Assembly (NCBI GenBank): GCA_964474835.1
Contig: CAYYUA010000004.1
Coordinates: 33,848-97,847 of the forward strand
DNA: 64,000 bases
Source of the DNA: an uncultured Sphingobacteriales bacterium
GTDB lineage: Bacteria > Bacteroidota > Bacteroidia > CAILMK01 > CAYYUA01
Direction of reading: 5' to 3'
The notes beneath the pieces were generated by a model. That model worked only from the letters and a program-made list of their open reading frames with translations, ran no database searches and was not told where the DNA came from. The position numbers and the translations under genes were made by a program. The first letter of the stretch is position 1. Each line of letters starts with the position of its first letter. Shown here in pieces: positions 19,069 through 29,222 of the stretch.

Positions 19069-19551
19069 TCAGCTTTGCGGTCTGGTGATACGCAGACCCA
19101 GGTTCATAATGCCCGGCAGGGTATCAGTCCGCATCAGGTGAACAACACGGAACTGGTGATCACCAGCCTCAGAAAGCTGCATTTTTTTCTGCACAGGAAA
19201 GCGGTGATCGTACAGATCGCCCAGGCCTCGCCCTTTCCATTCTCCGTTTTTCCGGGCCAGTTCAAATTCAGCCTTAATCGAACTTACTTTACCGGAGGGT
19301 GCCCGGTGCTGTACGAGCACCCAGATGTTCCGGTACGGGTAGTTGATTTTATTCCTGAGGTTTACAGCTAAATTATACCGCTTGCCCGTATCCTGAATAG
19401 GTACCGTGTAGCTTATGGTATCAGTGTAGGGCCATTTGTAGTCCGCCAATGCCCTGTACTCCTCGAATACCCGGTCTTGCTGGCATGCGCCTGATCCAAT
19501 CAGTACAAGGATAGCGGCACTCAGAAGCAGGGGGTTGGCCTTACTTACCAT
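19069..19551 (-). CDS. gldH: Gliding motility lipoprotein GldH
   Basis: The internal start MVSKANPLLLSAAILVLIGSGAC gives a lipoprotein signal and a ~160-aa product whose mature part (QDRVFEEYRALADYKWPYTD…) matches the GldH family. It lies downstream of the PSP1 gene as in Flavobacterium johnsoniae. The longer ORF extending to 19821 overlaps the PSP1 gene and was rejected. Confidence 0.65.
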   Translation of the reverse strand: MVSKANPLLLSAAILVLIGSGACQQDRVFEEYRALADYKWPYTDTISYTVPIQDTGKRYNLAVNLRNKINYPYRNIWVLVQHRAPSGKVSSIKAEFELARKNGEWKGRGLGDLYDHRFPVQKKMQLSEAGDHQFRVVHLMRTDTLPGIMNLGLRITRPQS

Positions 19552-20803
19552 GGTTTCCTTTACCGGAATTACGGGGCTTACCCGAACCTTTTGGCTTAGG
19601 CTTGTCACCACCCTGCTTATCGCGGGCCTGATTGCTATCACCTTTTTGTTTCTTGCGGGATTTGCCGGAACGGGATTGTTTGCTGTTGCCCTTTTTTGGC
19701 TTTTCATCAAAACGCGTAATGCTATCAGAGCCCACTGCATCCTGGAAAGCGGCCATCTCCTGCTCTTCCTGCGAGCTTTCCCGGGTAATGGTAAAATCTT
19801 CCAGATCCATAGGCTGCTCACCCTTCTGATTCATCTCCTGAACTGACTTTACGGATTCTGCCGTCAGCTCGTAGGTTTTACTACCCGGGCTCTCCTGCGG
19901 GTAATAAAACCAGAGCAAGCGTTTCAGGATATCGATCTTAAAGACCTTGGCCTTTCCTTTCTGAGTATCCAGCACCGTATCTTCAGATGGAAAATCCTCC
20001 AGGGCCTCGAGGTAGGTTTCCAGCTCATAGTTGAGGCAGCACTTCAGCCGCCCGCACTGGCCGGATAGTTTCAGCGGATTCAGGAAAAGGTTCTGGTACT
20101 TGGCAGCCACTGTAGGCACAGCGTTGAACTCGGTCAGCCAGGTAGAGCAGCAGAGTTCGCGGCCGCAGTCGCCAATACCGCCAATACGGCCAGCCTCCTG
20201 CCGGAGCCCGATCTGCTTCATTTCCACTTTCACCTTGAATTCACGCCCAAGGCGCTTGATCAGCTCCCGGTAGTCTACACGGCCATCGGCAGTGTAGTAA
20301 AAGACGGCCTTTTTGTTATCGCCCTGCACCTCTACATCGCTGACTTTCATCACCAGGCCAAGCTCCTTAGCAAACCGCCTTGTTTCAAACATCATCGGCA
20401 GCTCACGGCCTTTGGCTTCTCTGTAGGTCTCAATGTCCTGCTCGTTGGCCTTCCGCAGGATCTGGGGCAGTTCGGCATCCTCACTGATGCGCTTCTTCTT
20501 CATCTGGAGCTTAACCAGCTCCCCTTTCATCGTTACAGTTCCTATATCGTAACCGATATCGGTTTCGGTCACAACCAGGTCCCCGTTTTCCAGGTCCAGC
20601 TGGCGGGGATTGCTATAGATTTCTTTTCTGGTGGCTTTAAACTGCACCTCCACTTTCGGGCTGATCTGCTCTTCGTCATCGAAGGTGACATTGGCTAACC
20701 AGTCGTGAACATCCAGCATGTTGCCACAGGCCCCGTTGTTCTTGCACCCCGGGTGGATGCCATCTTTGTATTTAAGGCTATTCTCGCAGCTATTACAGGT
20801 CAT
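19541..20803 (-). CDS. PSP1 C-terminal domain protein (RicT/YaaT-like)
   Basis: 420 aa with the PSP1 domain (…GIGDCGRELCCSTWLTEFNAVP…GQCGRLKCCLNYE…) and a basic K/G-rich tail. Confidence 0.8.
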   Translation of the reverse strand: MTCNSCENSLKYKDGIHPGCKNNGACGNMLDVHDWLANVTFDDEEQISPKVEVQFKATRKEIYSNPRQLDLENGDLVVTETDIGYDIGTVTMKGELVKLQMKKKRISEDAELPQILRKANEQDIETYREAKGRELPMMFETRRFAKELGLVMKVSDVEVQGDNKKAVFYYTADGRVDYRELIKRLGREFKVKVEMKQIGLRQEAGRIGGIGDCGRELCCSTWLTEFNAVPTVAAKYQNLFLNPLKLSGQCGRLKCCLNYELETYLEALEDFPSEDTVLDTQKGKAKVFKIDILKRLLWFYYPQESPGSKTYELTAESVKSVQEMNQKGEQPMDLEDFTITRESSQEEQEMAAFQDAVGSDSITRFDEKPKKGNSKQSRSGKSRKKQKGDSNQARDKQGGDKPKPKGSGKPRNSGKGNHGK

Positions 20804-21023
20804 AAGTGTACGCCGTTTATGGGTGATACGCCTGTGCTGAAATAGCCTTAGGGGAGCTAAAAGCTGCTGTTATTCCGGAAGCTAAGTGCCGGTATTACGG
20901 CAGTGGCATTTGGTGTATGCTGTGCGTTTCGAATTTTTGATCGGGTTAGCTTCCTTAGTTGATTGATCAGAACAGCTATGGGCAATATGGTTTCTCAATG
21001 TTATAGAACTTCCCTAAGCGCCT

Positions 21024-22154
21024 CTATTTCAGCACTTTACTAGTGGTCAGAATGCGGTTGATTCGCAAAGATAATCGAAAGAGGACAATTTTTGCGCTTG
21101 CGTTCCGCTCGATATAATAACTTGCCTGATTCAGGCCTTCGTATAAAGCCTCAAAACCTTCATCATCGATGAGCCCGGCAAATTTGCGGGCAAAGTCCTG
21201 ATCTTCTTCGCGCAAACGGGTGTCGCTTGGCATGCCCTTATCCATCAGGAACATGGCTTCCAGCATCTGGATAGCAAAACTCAGGAAGTTCTTTTGCTCC
21301 TCCCGTCCTTTGGATGCCATCTGGTTAATCAGATTCAGCAGTTCTACTCCCTGCTTCCGGTAGCAGACCCGCATCCACTGAATGAACTGCGAGGAATAAG
21401 CCGTCTCGTGCGAGTTAGCCAAAGCTAAGGCCGAACGGAAATTCCCGTCCGCTAGCTGGGCAATATCCCGGGCCTCATTCTCACCGATCCCGGTTTTGTG
21501 CTGCAGCCCCTCCTGAACAGCCTCATTGCTGAGGGGTGGAATACGTACCAGCTGTGTGCGCGACATGATGGTGTTCAGGATCTGCTCACTATCCTCCCCT
21601 ACCAGAAGGAAGTAGGTATCAGGGGCTGGTTCTTCGAGGATTTTGAGCAAGGCATTGCCCTCCTTACCGAGCAGCTCCGGCATCCACAGGACCATTACCT
21701 TTTTACCACCCTCAAAGGGCTTGAGCGAAAGTTTTTTAAGGACCTCCCGGCACTCCTTCATGGAGATATTACCCTGGCTATTCCCGGCTTTGATATACTG
21801 TAGCCAGTCGTACAATCCCAGGTATGGGTTTGTAGTTGCCGCGTCCCGCCACTCCTGAATGAACTCATCAGACAAGGCCTCTCGCTTATCTTTCCGGTTT
21901 ACAGTCGGGAAGGCAAAGTGTACATCCGGATGGATAAGCTTCTGGACTTTCTGGCAGGCGCTGCATTGCCCGCAGGCATCCGCCTTACCGGGCTGGTCAC
22001 ACACCAGGTATTGGGCAAAGGCCAGGGCAAGCGGCAGCGTGCCGCTGCCCTCCGGCCCCAGAAATAGCTGCGTATTGCTCACCTTATCCTGCTGCAAACT
22101 GCGCAGGAGCTTAGCCTTGATCCGCGATTGCCCGATTACCTCCTGAAATAGCAT
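21024..22154 (-). CDS. holB: DNA polymerase III subunit delta-prime
   Basis: Contains the AAA+ clamp-loader P-loop LFLGPEGSGTLPLALAFAQYL and the Zn module CGQCSACQK. The start was set to the internal MLFQEVIGQ at 22154 to avoid an 86-nt overlap with menD. Confidence 0.75.
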   Translation of the reverse strand: MLFQEVIGQSRIKAKLLRSLQQDKVSNTQLFLGPEGSGTLPLALAFAQYLVCDQPGKADACGQCSACQKVQKLIHPDVHFAFPTVNRKDKREALSDEFIQEWRDAATTNPYLGLYDWLQYIKAGNSQGNISMKECREVLKKLSLKPFEGGKKVMVLWMPELLGKEGNALLKILEEPAPDTYFLLVGEDSEQILNTIMSRTQLVRIPPLSNEAVQEGLQHKTGIGENEARDIAQLADGNFRSALALANSHETAYSSQFIQWMRVCYRKQGVELLNLINQMASKGREEQKNFLSFAIQMLEAMFLMDKGMPSDTRLREEDQDFARKFAGLIDDEGFEALYEGLNQASYYIERNASAKIVLFRLSLRINRILTTSKVLK

Positions 22155-22191
22155 AGTTAACGATTGATCAAGCAGTTTAACGCAAAAGCCA

Positions 22192-23949
22192 TCATGATTC
22201 GCCCGCCTCAAGCACAGGTGATAGCCTGGCAGCCAGATCAGCATGAATCGCTGCCTGGTCCCGGAAATTGTTCGCATGGTGAAAGCCGAGCTCCAGGATC
22301 AGGGGGGCATTCCTCCGGGCTCCCAATAAGCTCAGGTTTTCATGATAGCTGCTCCAGTTGTCCGCATACCGGTACGAGCAGCCATGCTGATAAGCTGTGT
22401 ACTGAAAGTGGGTATGCTGAGCTGAGGCAAAGTAGTCTTCCAGTTCAGGCTGCTCCTTTGCCCCTGGAAGGGTGCGGAAAACCCCTCCTCCACTATTGTT
22501 CAATACCACAATACATAAATTATCAGGGAGCTTATCGAGCCACAGTGCATTGCGATCGTACATAAATGCCAGATCGCCCAGAACTGCGTACACAGGCAGG
22601 CTTGTTTGCTTAGCGTAACCAACTGCTGCACTCAGGCAGCCGTCAATTCCGCTCGTTCCACGATTGGCCTTTAGCAGCAGTTTGGTATCTTTCAGTAATG
22701 GCGCCAGGAGTTGGATGTGGCGGACCGGCAGACTGTTACCCAGATGCAGGACAGCTTCTTCCGGTAAGTGCGGGAGCATTGCTTTTAAAGCCCGGATTTC
22801 CGAAAAGGATTCTTCAGCTGTATCAAGCGCTGCGACAGCAGCGCTCCCTTCTTCCTCCAGGCGGTGCCAGGATTGGGCGTAGGCATTTCCGGAGCGGGAC
22901 TGTAGCTTCCCGGTCATTTCCCGGAAAAAGGTAAATGGATTAGTTACCACCCCTTTCGTGAGGGCCTGGAAGGTATCGCTTTCCTCGCCTGCTTCGCTGA
23001 TGTGCCAGTGTTCAGCGGGCTTATGGGCCCGGAGGAACTGCTTCAGGGCTTTGCTGAGCAGCGGGCCGCCAAACGTGATAAGCACCTCCGGCTGAAGATG
23101 CGTCACTTCCTGATCTTTAGCCTTTTTGGCTATGGCATCAACAGTGGTAACAACCTCTGGAAGCGAGTGAGCATTGGCCAGCAGATCATCGATCAGAACT
23201 GCCTGAGTCTGCCTAATAAACTCCCCTAAAACCTGCAACGCTTTCCTGGAAGGCGTGCCCATTCCAGCCACTACCAGGATTTTTGTAGAACTATTAATAG
23301 CTTCCGAAAGCGCTGTAAGTGAGGGCTCTGATAGGCGTGGCTCAGCGTAAACCTTTTCATAGCTTAGGATATCCGGCTCAGGACGGGGCAGTGGCTTTTC
23401 CGGATACAGGGGCTCCCGGAAGGGGACATTAACCTGCACCGGGCCAACTGGTGCGCGACAGGCTGTGTTGATAGCCGTGTTTACCTGCTGATAGGCGTGC
23501 TGCTCATCCATGCTAGGGTGGAGGGAAGGCGGTAGTTGGAAAAAGGCCTTGCTATTGGCAGCATAGATATGCTGCTGATGAATGGTTTGGTTCTCGCCCT
23601 GACCAATCCATTCCGGTGGGCGATCAGCCGTAAAGGCCACGAGTGGTATGCCTTGCCAATAGGCTTCTGCTATAGCGGGCGTGTAATTCAGGGGCGCTGT
23701 TCCAGAAGTGCAGACCAGGCCAACTGGTTTCCCGGTTGCGCTGGCCATACCCAGCGCCTGATAAGCTGCCGAGCGCTCATCAGGAACTACCCGGCATTCA
23801 AACTCACTGTGACGCCAGAATGAGATAGCCAGGGGGGCTGACCGGGAGCCCGGCGATAGCACAATAGCTGTCATACCCTTCTGATGACAGATCTCAGCAA
23901 TGTTTACCAGCGCCTGGTAAGCCGGGCGGTTCGAATCCTGCGTTTCCAT
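22192..23949 (-). CDS. menD: 2-succinyl-5-enolpyruvyl-6-hydroxy-3-cyclohexene-1-carboxylate synthase (thiamine-diphosphate dependent)
   Basis: 585 aa. The N-terminal TPP-enzyme block (AIVLSPGSRSAPLAISF…VCTSGTAPLNYTPAIAEAYWQGIPLVAFTADRPPE) is typical of MenD; it lies adjacent to menF. Confidence 0.85.
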   Translation of the reverse strand: METQDSNRPAYQALVNIAEICHQKGMTAIVLSPGSRSAPLAISFWRHSEFECRVVPDERSAAYQALGMASATGKPVGLVCTSGTAPLNYTPAIAEAYWQGIPLVAFTADRPPEWIGQGENQTIHQQHIYAANSKAFFQLPPSLHPSMDEQHAYQQVNTAINTACRAPVGPVQVNVPFREPLYPEKPLPRPEPDILSYEKVYAEPRLSEPSLTALSEAINSSTKILVVAGMGTPSRKALQVLGEFIRQTQAVLIDDLLANAHSLPEVVTTVDAIAKKAKDQEVTHLQPEVLITFGGPLLSKALKQFLRAHKPAEHWHISEAGEESDTFQALTKGVVTNPFTFFREMTGKLQSRSGNAYAQSWHRLEEEGSAAVAALDTAEESFSEIRALKAMLPHLPEEAVLHLGNSLPVRHIQLLAPLLKDTKLLLKANRGTSGIDGCLSAAVGYAKQTSLPVYAVLGDLAFMYDRNALWLDKLPDNLCIVVLNNSGGGVFRTLPGAKEQPELEDYFASAQHTHFQYTAYQHGCSYRYADNWSSYHENLSLLGARRNAPLILELGFHHANNFRDQAAIHADLAARLSPVLEAGES

Positions 23950-23965
23950 TAAGCAATCGGGCGCT

Positions 23966-25075
23966 TCATTCCTGGAACACGGTTTCCAGGGTCTTCATCT
24001 TTTCCTCGGTTTCAGCCCACTCATCTTCCGATTTGGAGCCTTTCACGATGCCAGCTCCGGCATATATGCTGGCCTTGTGCGGATGTAGCTCCATACAGCG
24101 AAGGTTAACGTAAAGCTCACTCTTACCACCAGGATGATAAGGCCCTAAAAAGCCAGTGTAAAGCTCCCGGTCAAAGGGCTCCTCATTCCGGATGAAGATC
24201 TTCGTAATCTTATAGGGATACCCGCAGACTGCCGGAGTGGGGTGAAGCTTATTGAGCAGGCTTTTCCACACATCCCTATCGTGCCCATTCAGGCCAGCCG
24301 AATAGAAGGTCTTAATATGACTTAGCTTACCAGCCCGGGTCGTTTGGGGGCCTTCTTTCTGGTAGTCGATAGTCAAAGCGTCAAAGCACGCCTCGATGTA
24401 CTGCGAAACCAGGGCCTGCTCCTGCTCCTCCTTTTCGGTAAAGCCCTCTTCATCGGCTGGGGACTTTGTACCAGCCAGGGCCTCTGTATGGATGGATTGC
24501 TGATCAAAACTTAGCAGCAGCTCCGGAGTGGCCCCAATCCACGTCCCGTATTGAGGCGTGCTGGTCAGCGATATGAAAGCTCCCGGATAATGCTGCACCA
24601 GGTTAAAGAAGTAGCTAAGGGGCTCGAACTCTTCCGGAAGATCCACTACCTTTTTATTGGCGGCTACCACCTTATCGAAGGAACCCGCTTTGATCTGCTC
24701 AATGCCGTAGCGGGCCAGTTTTTTAAAATCATCTTTCTCTAGTCCCTCATCCTGGGGTTCGCGCTGATGCCAGGCTAATTCCGATTCCGCTGTCTCTTCC
24801 TCAAGGGTGAAGACCTGCGTGGGCTCAATAGCAAGAAGCTGATTCTGGTAATTAAAGCTTGCTAACAGAAACGCTTCCTTATCGGGAAGATTATCCATAA
24901 AATAAAACTCGCTCGGACCAAATACAAGGCGAATGGTTTCTTCGTGTGGCAACCGGTACAGCGCAATACCAAAGTTGTTAGCAAGCGCTGCTTTCAGGAT
25001 AGGATTCAGGTTTTCTTCTGAAAGCGAGCCCTGCGGGCTTTCTACACGCATACCTGTTTGTTTTTGTGAGGGCAT
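23966..25075 (-). CDS. menF: Isochorismate synthase
   Basis: Chorismate-binding C-terminal domain (…PTPAVCGYPYK…YAGAGIVKGSKSEDEWAETE…); located upstream of menD. Confidence 0.8.
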   Translation of the reverse strand: MPSQKQTGMRVESPQGSLSEENLNPILKAALANNFGIALYRLPHEETIRLVFGPSEFYFMDNLPDKEAFLLASFNYQNQLLAIEPTQVFTLEEETAESELAWHQREPQDEGLEKDDFKKLARYGIEQIKAGSFDKVVAANKKVVDLPEEFEPLSYFFNLVQHYPGAFISLTSTPQYGTWIGATPELLLSFDQQSIHTEALAGTKSPADEEGFTEKEEQEQALVSQYIEACFDALTIDYQKEGPQTTRAGKLSHIKTFYSAGLNGHDRDVWKSLLNKLHPTPAVCGYPYKITKIFIRNEEPFDRELYTGFLGPYHPGGKSELYVNLRCMELHPHKASIYAGAGIVKGSKSEDEWAETEEKMKTLETVFQE

Positions 25076-25159
25076 TGCAAATTTACAAGGAATAAAAAAG
25101 CCGGCTCAGGGGCCGGCTTTTAGCATACTTGTTGGTACTGATCTGGTGGAATTGCCGGT

Positions 25160-25810
25160 TTAACGGCCAGGCTGTTGCTGTGGGCGCCTTTGTTGCTGGC
25201 CACCGCCCTGCATTTCCCGCATCCGCTGCTGTAGCTCGCGGCTTTGGCGGATTTTCTGAAGGATACTGCGGTATTCCTGCATACTCATTCCTTCCTCTTT
25301 GATGGCTGATTCCATCTTCTTCCGCATCTTTTCCTGAACGGGCTGAAGGTTCTTTTTGGCCTGGTTGAATTTCTTCAGCTGTTCTTCAGAAATATCGGAG
25401 CTTCCGCTGTTGCCTTGCATGCCCTGGCCACCACCCCGTTGCTTCCGGTCGATCTGCCGGTACTTATTCATGGATAAGCCAGCATCTTTCACGGCCTGCT
25501 GCATCTGAGGCATCATGTTTTGCTGAATCTTCCGGTTGGCATCCATGGCCCCGGAGAATTGCTTCAGTTTTTCGTCTGAGACGCTGTCGCTACCACCGCC
25601 TCCCTGATCGGGGTTAAACTGCGGTGGCTGCTCTTGCTGCTGCTCGGATGAGCTCTGCGGCTGCTCAGTGGATTCTTCAGTGCCTTCATTGCTGCTTCCT
25701 TCACTGGTCCCACTATCACCACTGCCACCGCCTGAGCAGGCAGATAATAGCAAACCGCTTATGATGAACCCACTTGCCAGTAAGCTTGGTATTTGCTGTA
25801 ATCCGCGCAT
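25160..25810 (-). CDS. Low-complexity periplasmic lipoprotein with two internal repeats
   Basis: Lipobox LLSAC. The ORF carries G/S/Q-rich linkers and two ~55-aa repeats (…EKLKQFSGAMDANRKIQQ… and …EQLKKFNQAKKNLQPVQE…). Confidence 0.5.
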   Translation of the reverse strand: MRGLQQIPSLLASGFIISGLLLSACSGGGSGDSGTSEGSSNEGTEESTEQPQSSSEQQQEQPPQFNPDQGGGGSDSVSDEKLKQFSGAMDANRKIQQNMMPQMQQAVKDAGLSMNKYRQIDRKQRGGGQGMQGNSGSSDISEEQLKKFNQAKKNLQPVQEKMRKKMESAIKEEGMSMQEYRSILQKIRQSRELQQRMREMQGGGQQQRRPQQQPGR

Positions 25811-25974
25811 AAATAATCTTCTGATTTTTAAGGTTAATTGTTAAGGTATTAAGGCTAAATTCAAGAGTATTAGGTTTTTAGCAAGCCTTTACTTTCAGCG
25901 CTAAAATAACAAATTCTCACGTTTCCAATAAGATGCACTTAAGTAGCTGAGGTTTCTAAGTGCCCGATAACCAC

Positions 25975-27450
25975 CTAATAGGGGCTGTAGTTAGGGGCCT
26001 CCTTGGTGATCGTTACATCGTGAGGGTGGCTTTCGCGCAGCCCGGAGGCTGTGACTATGATAAGCTTAGCGTCCTGGAGCGCCTGAACTGTAGGAGCACC
26101 CGAGTATCCCATTCCGGCCTGCAGCCCTCCCTTGTACTGCTGCATAACTTCTGATAGCGTTCCTTTGTATGGAACCCGCCCCACAATACCCTCAGGCACA
26201 AGCTTTTTGATCTCCTCTTCCGGATCCTGAAAGTAACGGTTACCCGAACCCTGTTTCATGGCCTCTACCGAGCCCATGCCGCGGTAGGTCTTAAACTTTC
26301 GGCCTTCGTAGATAATGGTTTCACCTGGTGATTCTTCTACGCCTGCGAACAGCGATCCGGCCATAACAGTGCTGGCGCCGGCTGCGATCGCCTTTACAAC
26401 ATCACCAGTGTATTTAATACCCCCGTCTGCTATCAGCGGCACGCCTGTTCCGGCTAAGGCTTTAGCACTTTCGTAGACAGCTGTCAGCTGAGGGACACCA
26501 ATACCAGCCACAACCCGTGTAGTACAGATGGAACCTGGTCCCACACCCACTTTAACAGCATCAGCGCCAGCTTCCATCACGGCCTTAGCCCCTTCATAGG
26601 AGGCGACATTACCCGCCATTAACTCCATATCCGGTGCGTGCTTTTTAACGGCTTTGACCCCGTCCAGCACGCCTGCGGAGTGGCCATGGGCCGAATCAAT
26701 AACAATAAGGTCAACACCGGCTTTGCGGAGTGCTTCCAGGCGGTCAAAGAGCTCATCACTCACCGTTACCGCAGCTCCTACCCGTAGCCGGCCGGCCTCA
26801 TCTTTACAGGCATGAGGGTGATCCTTGACCTTTTTAATATCCTTGAAAGTGATCAGGCCGTTCAGCGTGTAGTCCTGATCCACTACCGGGAGTTTCTCAA
26901 CTTTATGCTGCTTAAGGATGGCTTCAGCCTTGGTAAGGTCTACCCCATTCTCAGCAATTGTCAGGTTATCGGTGGTCATCACTTCCTGAACAGACCGTGA
27001 GTGGTTTTTCTCAAACCGCAGATCCCGGTTAGTAAGTATTCCCTTTAGCTTATTCAGGTTATCCACAATCGGGATACCGCCAATGCGGTTTTCCTTCATG
27101 ATTGCCAGCGCCTCGCTGATCGGAGCGTTCTCATGCAGCGTGATGGGATCATTGATGAGGCCGCTTTCGGAGCGCTTAACCTTCCGCACTTGTGCAGCCT
27201 GTTCCTCAATGGTCATGTTCTTATGAATGATACCTACGCCTCCTTCCCGGGCTATGGCAATAGCCAGCTCTCCTTCTGTGATCGTATCCATTGCGGCTGA
27301 GATCATCGGAAGGTTAATAGAGAGATTACGGGTCAGCTGGGTCTTGAGATCTACCTGGGAGGGCAGGACTTCCGAACGGGCCGGGGCAACTAAAACGTCA
27401 TCGTAAGTAAGGCCTTGATAAAGGAACTTTTCATCGTTGGTATCACTCAT
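25975..27450 (-). CDS. guaB: Inosine-5'-monophosphate dehydrogenase
   Basis: 491 aa with tandem CBS domains, the catalytic Cys loop [20 protein letters not shown], and the N-terminus [11 protein letters not shown]. Confidence 0.95.
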   Translation of the reverse strand: MSDTNDEKFLYQGLTYDDVLVAPARSEVLPSQVDLKTQLTRNLSINLPMISAAMDTITEGELAIAIAREGGVGIIHKNMTIEEQAAQVRKVKRSESGLINDPITLHENAPISEALAIMKENRIGGIPIVDNLNKLKGILTNRDLRFEKNHSRSVQEVMTTDNLTIAENGVDLTKAEAILKQHKVEKLPVVDQDYTLNGLITFKDIKKVKDHPHACKDEAGRLRVGAAVTVSDELFDRLEALRKAGVDLIVIDSAHGHSAGVLDGVKAVKKHAPDMELMAGNVASYEGAKAVMEAGADAVKVGVGPGSICTTRVVAGIGVPQLTAVYESAKALAGTGVPLIADGGIKYTGDVVKAIAAGASTVMAGSLFAGVEESPGETIIYEGRKFKTYRGMGSVEAMKQGSGNRYFQDPEEEIKKLVPEGIVGRVPYKGTLSEVMQQYKGGLQAGMGYSGAPTVQALQDAKLIIVTASGLRESHPHDVTITKEAPNYSPY

Positions 27451-27531
27451 AGGTCAGGGTAGCCCTCTTAATGTTTTAATTTTTTTCAGCAACAAGCTGT
27501 TTAACCCTTTCATTCGGAGGCCGGGAATTTT

Positions 27532-28080
27532 TCAGGAAGTTGGCCCTTTCCAGGTTACCTCTTCTACTCCCAGCTTTTGGGACATCAGGCGCGCGAGGAC
27601 GAAAAAGTAATCAGACAAGCGGTTCAGGTAGGTAATGATCAGCGGGTTCACACGCTCATTTTCATTGAGCTGTACGGTTTTCCGTTCCGTCCGCCGGCAT
27701 ACTGTGCGGGCAACATGGCAGGCGGAGATAAGCGGGTGACCACCGGGCAGGATAAAATTCCGCAGCGGTGGTAAGCTCTGCTCCATGTTGTCGATTTCAT
27801 GCTCCAGTTTTTCCACATCTGCCTCGCCAATTTCCGGTAGCTGCATCTGGTTACGGCCGTCAGAAGCCAGAACAGAACCAATTACAAAAAGGTTATTCTG
27901 AACCGTGTACAGGAAGTCGCGGATCGCCTCATCTTCAATGGCATCACGAACCACGGCCACCTGGGCATTGAGCTCATCAGCGGAGCCATAGGCAGCAATC
28001 CGGTAATGAAACTTGGCTACCTGGGTTCCGCCAATCAGGGATGTAGTGCCCGCATCCCCTTTTCTGGTGTATATTTTCAT
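27532..28080 (-). CDS. ATP:cob(I)alamin adenosyltransferase, PduO type
   Basis: 182 aa with the diagnostic N-terminus MKIYTRKGDAGTTSL. Confidence 0.85.
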   Translation of the reverse strand: MKIYTRKGDAGTTSLIGGTQVAKFHYRIAAYGSADELNAQVAVVRDAIEDEAIRDFLYTVQNNLFVIGSVLASDGRNQMQLPEIGEADVEKLEHEIDNMEQSLPPLRNFILPGGHPLISACHVARTVCRRTERKTVQLNENERVNPLIITYLNRLSDYFFVLARLMSQKLGVEEVTWKGPTS

Positions 28081-28132
28081 TGTTCTGTATTTTGATGTTT
28101 GCGGTTAGCTTCCGGTACACTCAACTAAGCGT

Positions 28133-28843
28133 CTAAGAAGAATCAGTGGCTATTTCCGGCTCGTGGGTTTGGTCGGTTTCTACCAGCCCATCCATGAGGC
28201 GGATGATCCGCCGGCTCCGGTTAGCAATATCCGGCTCGTGAGTAACCAGAATGATGGTGTTGCCTTGCCGATAAAGGTCATCAAACAGCCCCATGATTTC
28301 ATTACTGGTTTTGCTATCCAGGTTACCAGTGGGCTCATCAGCCAGGATGATGGAGGGATTGTTAACCAGGGCACGTGCTGTAGAAACCCGTTGCCGCTGC
28401 CCACCTGAGAGTTCGTTAGGCTTGTGGTGCAGGCGATCTGCTAAGCCCACATCAGTCATAGCTTTTTCAGCCCGTTCCAGCCGGTCGTCCTTACCCACGC
28501 CTGCGTAAACCAGCGGCAAGGCCACATTCTCCAGGGCTGACATTCGGGGAATGAGGTTAAACGTCTGGAAAATGAACCCAATCTCTTGGTTCCGGACTGC
28601 TGCCAGTGCATTGTCGCTCATTTCACTCACATCCTGATCATTCAGGAAATACTGGCCGTTTGTAGGCGTATCCAAGCAGCCAAGCAGGTTCATCAGCGTT
28701 GATTTTCCGGAACCTGAAGGTCCGGTAAAAGCCACATACTCGTTCCGCTGAATGGAAATGGAGATGGAACGGAGGGCGTACACTGTTTCCTGCCCTATCT
28801 CGTATAACTTGGAAACCGAATTGGTTTCAATAATGCCTTTCAT
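28133..28843 (-). CDS. ABC transporter ATP-binding protein (LolD/MacB-like); no cognate permease in the vicinity
   Basis: Walker [10 protein letters not shown], signature LSGGQRQRV, Walker [12 protein letters not shown]. Confidence 0.85.
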   Translation of the reverse strand: MKGIIETNSVSKLYEIGQETVYALRSISISIQRNEYVAFTGPSGSGKSTLMNLLGCLDTPTNGQYFLNDQDVSEMSDNALAAVRNQEIGFIFQTFNLIPRMSALENVALPLVYAGVGKDDRLERAEKAMTDVGLADRLHHKPNELSGGQRQRVSTARALVNNPSIILADEPTGNLDSKTSNEIMGLFDDLYRQGNTIILVTHEPDIANRSRRIIRLMDGLVETDQTHEPEIATDSS

Positions 28844-28849
28844 AGCCTG

Positions 28850-29140
28850 CTACCGGTTAAAGACCTTAGGCACCTTAAAATAGTCTGAATCCCGCTCAGG
28901 GGCATTTTTCAGCGCCTCTTCCTTGCTTACAGTTTCTTCTGACGTATCCGGGCGAAGGCTATTGTACTCGCTTGAGAGAAAGATAAGCGGCTGTACGTTC
29001 GAGGTATCCACAGCTTCCAGACTCTCGCACATGTCAAGGATCTCGTTCAGATCAGCTTTTATATCATCATGTGCTTTTCCTTCAAACGAAAGCTTGGCCA
29101 GGGAAGCCACCCGGTTTACAATCTCATCATTCACTTGCAT
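28850..29140 (-). CDS. gatC: Asp/Glu-tRNA amidotransferase subunit C
   Basis: A ~96-aa product from the internal start MQVNDEIV… with the typical GatC layout (…LRPD…ALKNAPE…YFKVPKV). The ORF's own upstream start would add 17 aa. Confidence 0.7.
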   Translation of the reverse strand: MQVNDEIVNRVASLAKLSFEGKAHDDIKADLNEILDMCESLEAVDTSNVQPLIFLSSEYNSLRPDTSEETVSKEEALKNAPERDSDYFKVPKVFNR

Positions 29141-29222
29141 GGCTGAACCTTTTTCCTGTTCAAAAGTACTGCTTATCTCCGCCCTATCCATATCAGAATT
29201 CCTCTAAACAAGCAAGGTGCCG

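Noticed and set aside
19552-19821. Longer gldH ORF start at 19821, giving 250 aa
   Set aside because: The extra 90 aa are basic and low-complexity and overlap the PSP1 gene by 280 nt. The lipoprotein signal peptide begins at the internal Met at 19551.
20900-20960. tRNA-like T-loop motif GTTTCGAAT
   Set aside because: No T-stem complement, no acceptor or anticodon stems, and no CCA context. It is an isolated chance match.
22154-22277. Longer holB start at 22277, giving 417 aa
   Set aside because: It would overlap the menD 3' end by 86 nt. The conserved delta-prime sequence begins at MLFQEVIGQ (22154), and the upstream 41 aa have no homology.
22164-22565. 133-aa + strand ORF and several 70-95-aa ORFs across 21498-23823
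   Set aside because: They are antisense to holB and menD, are proline/serine/arginine-rich, and have no motifs.
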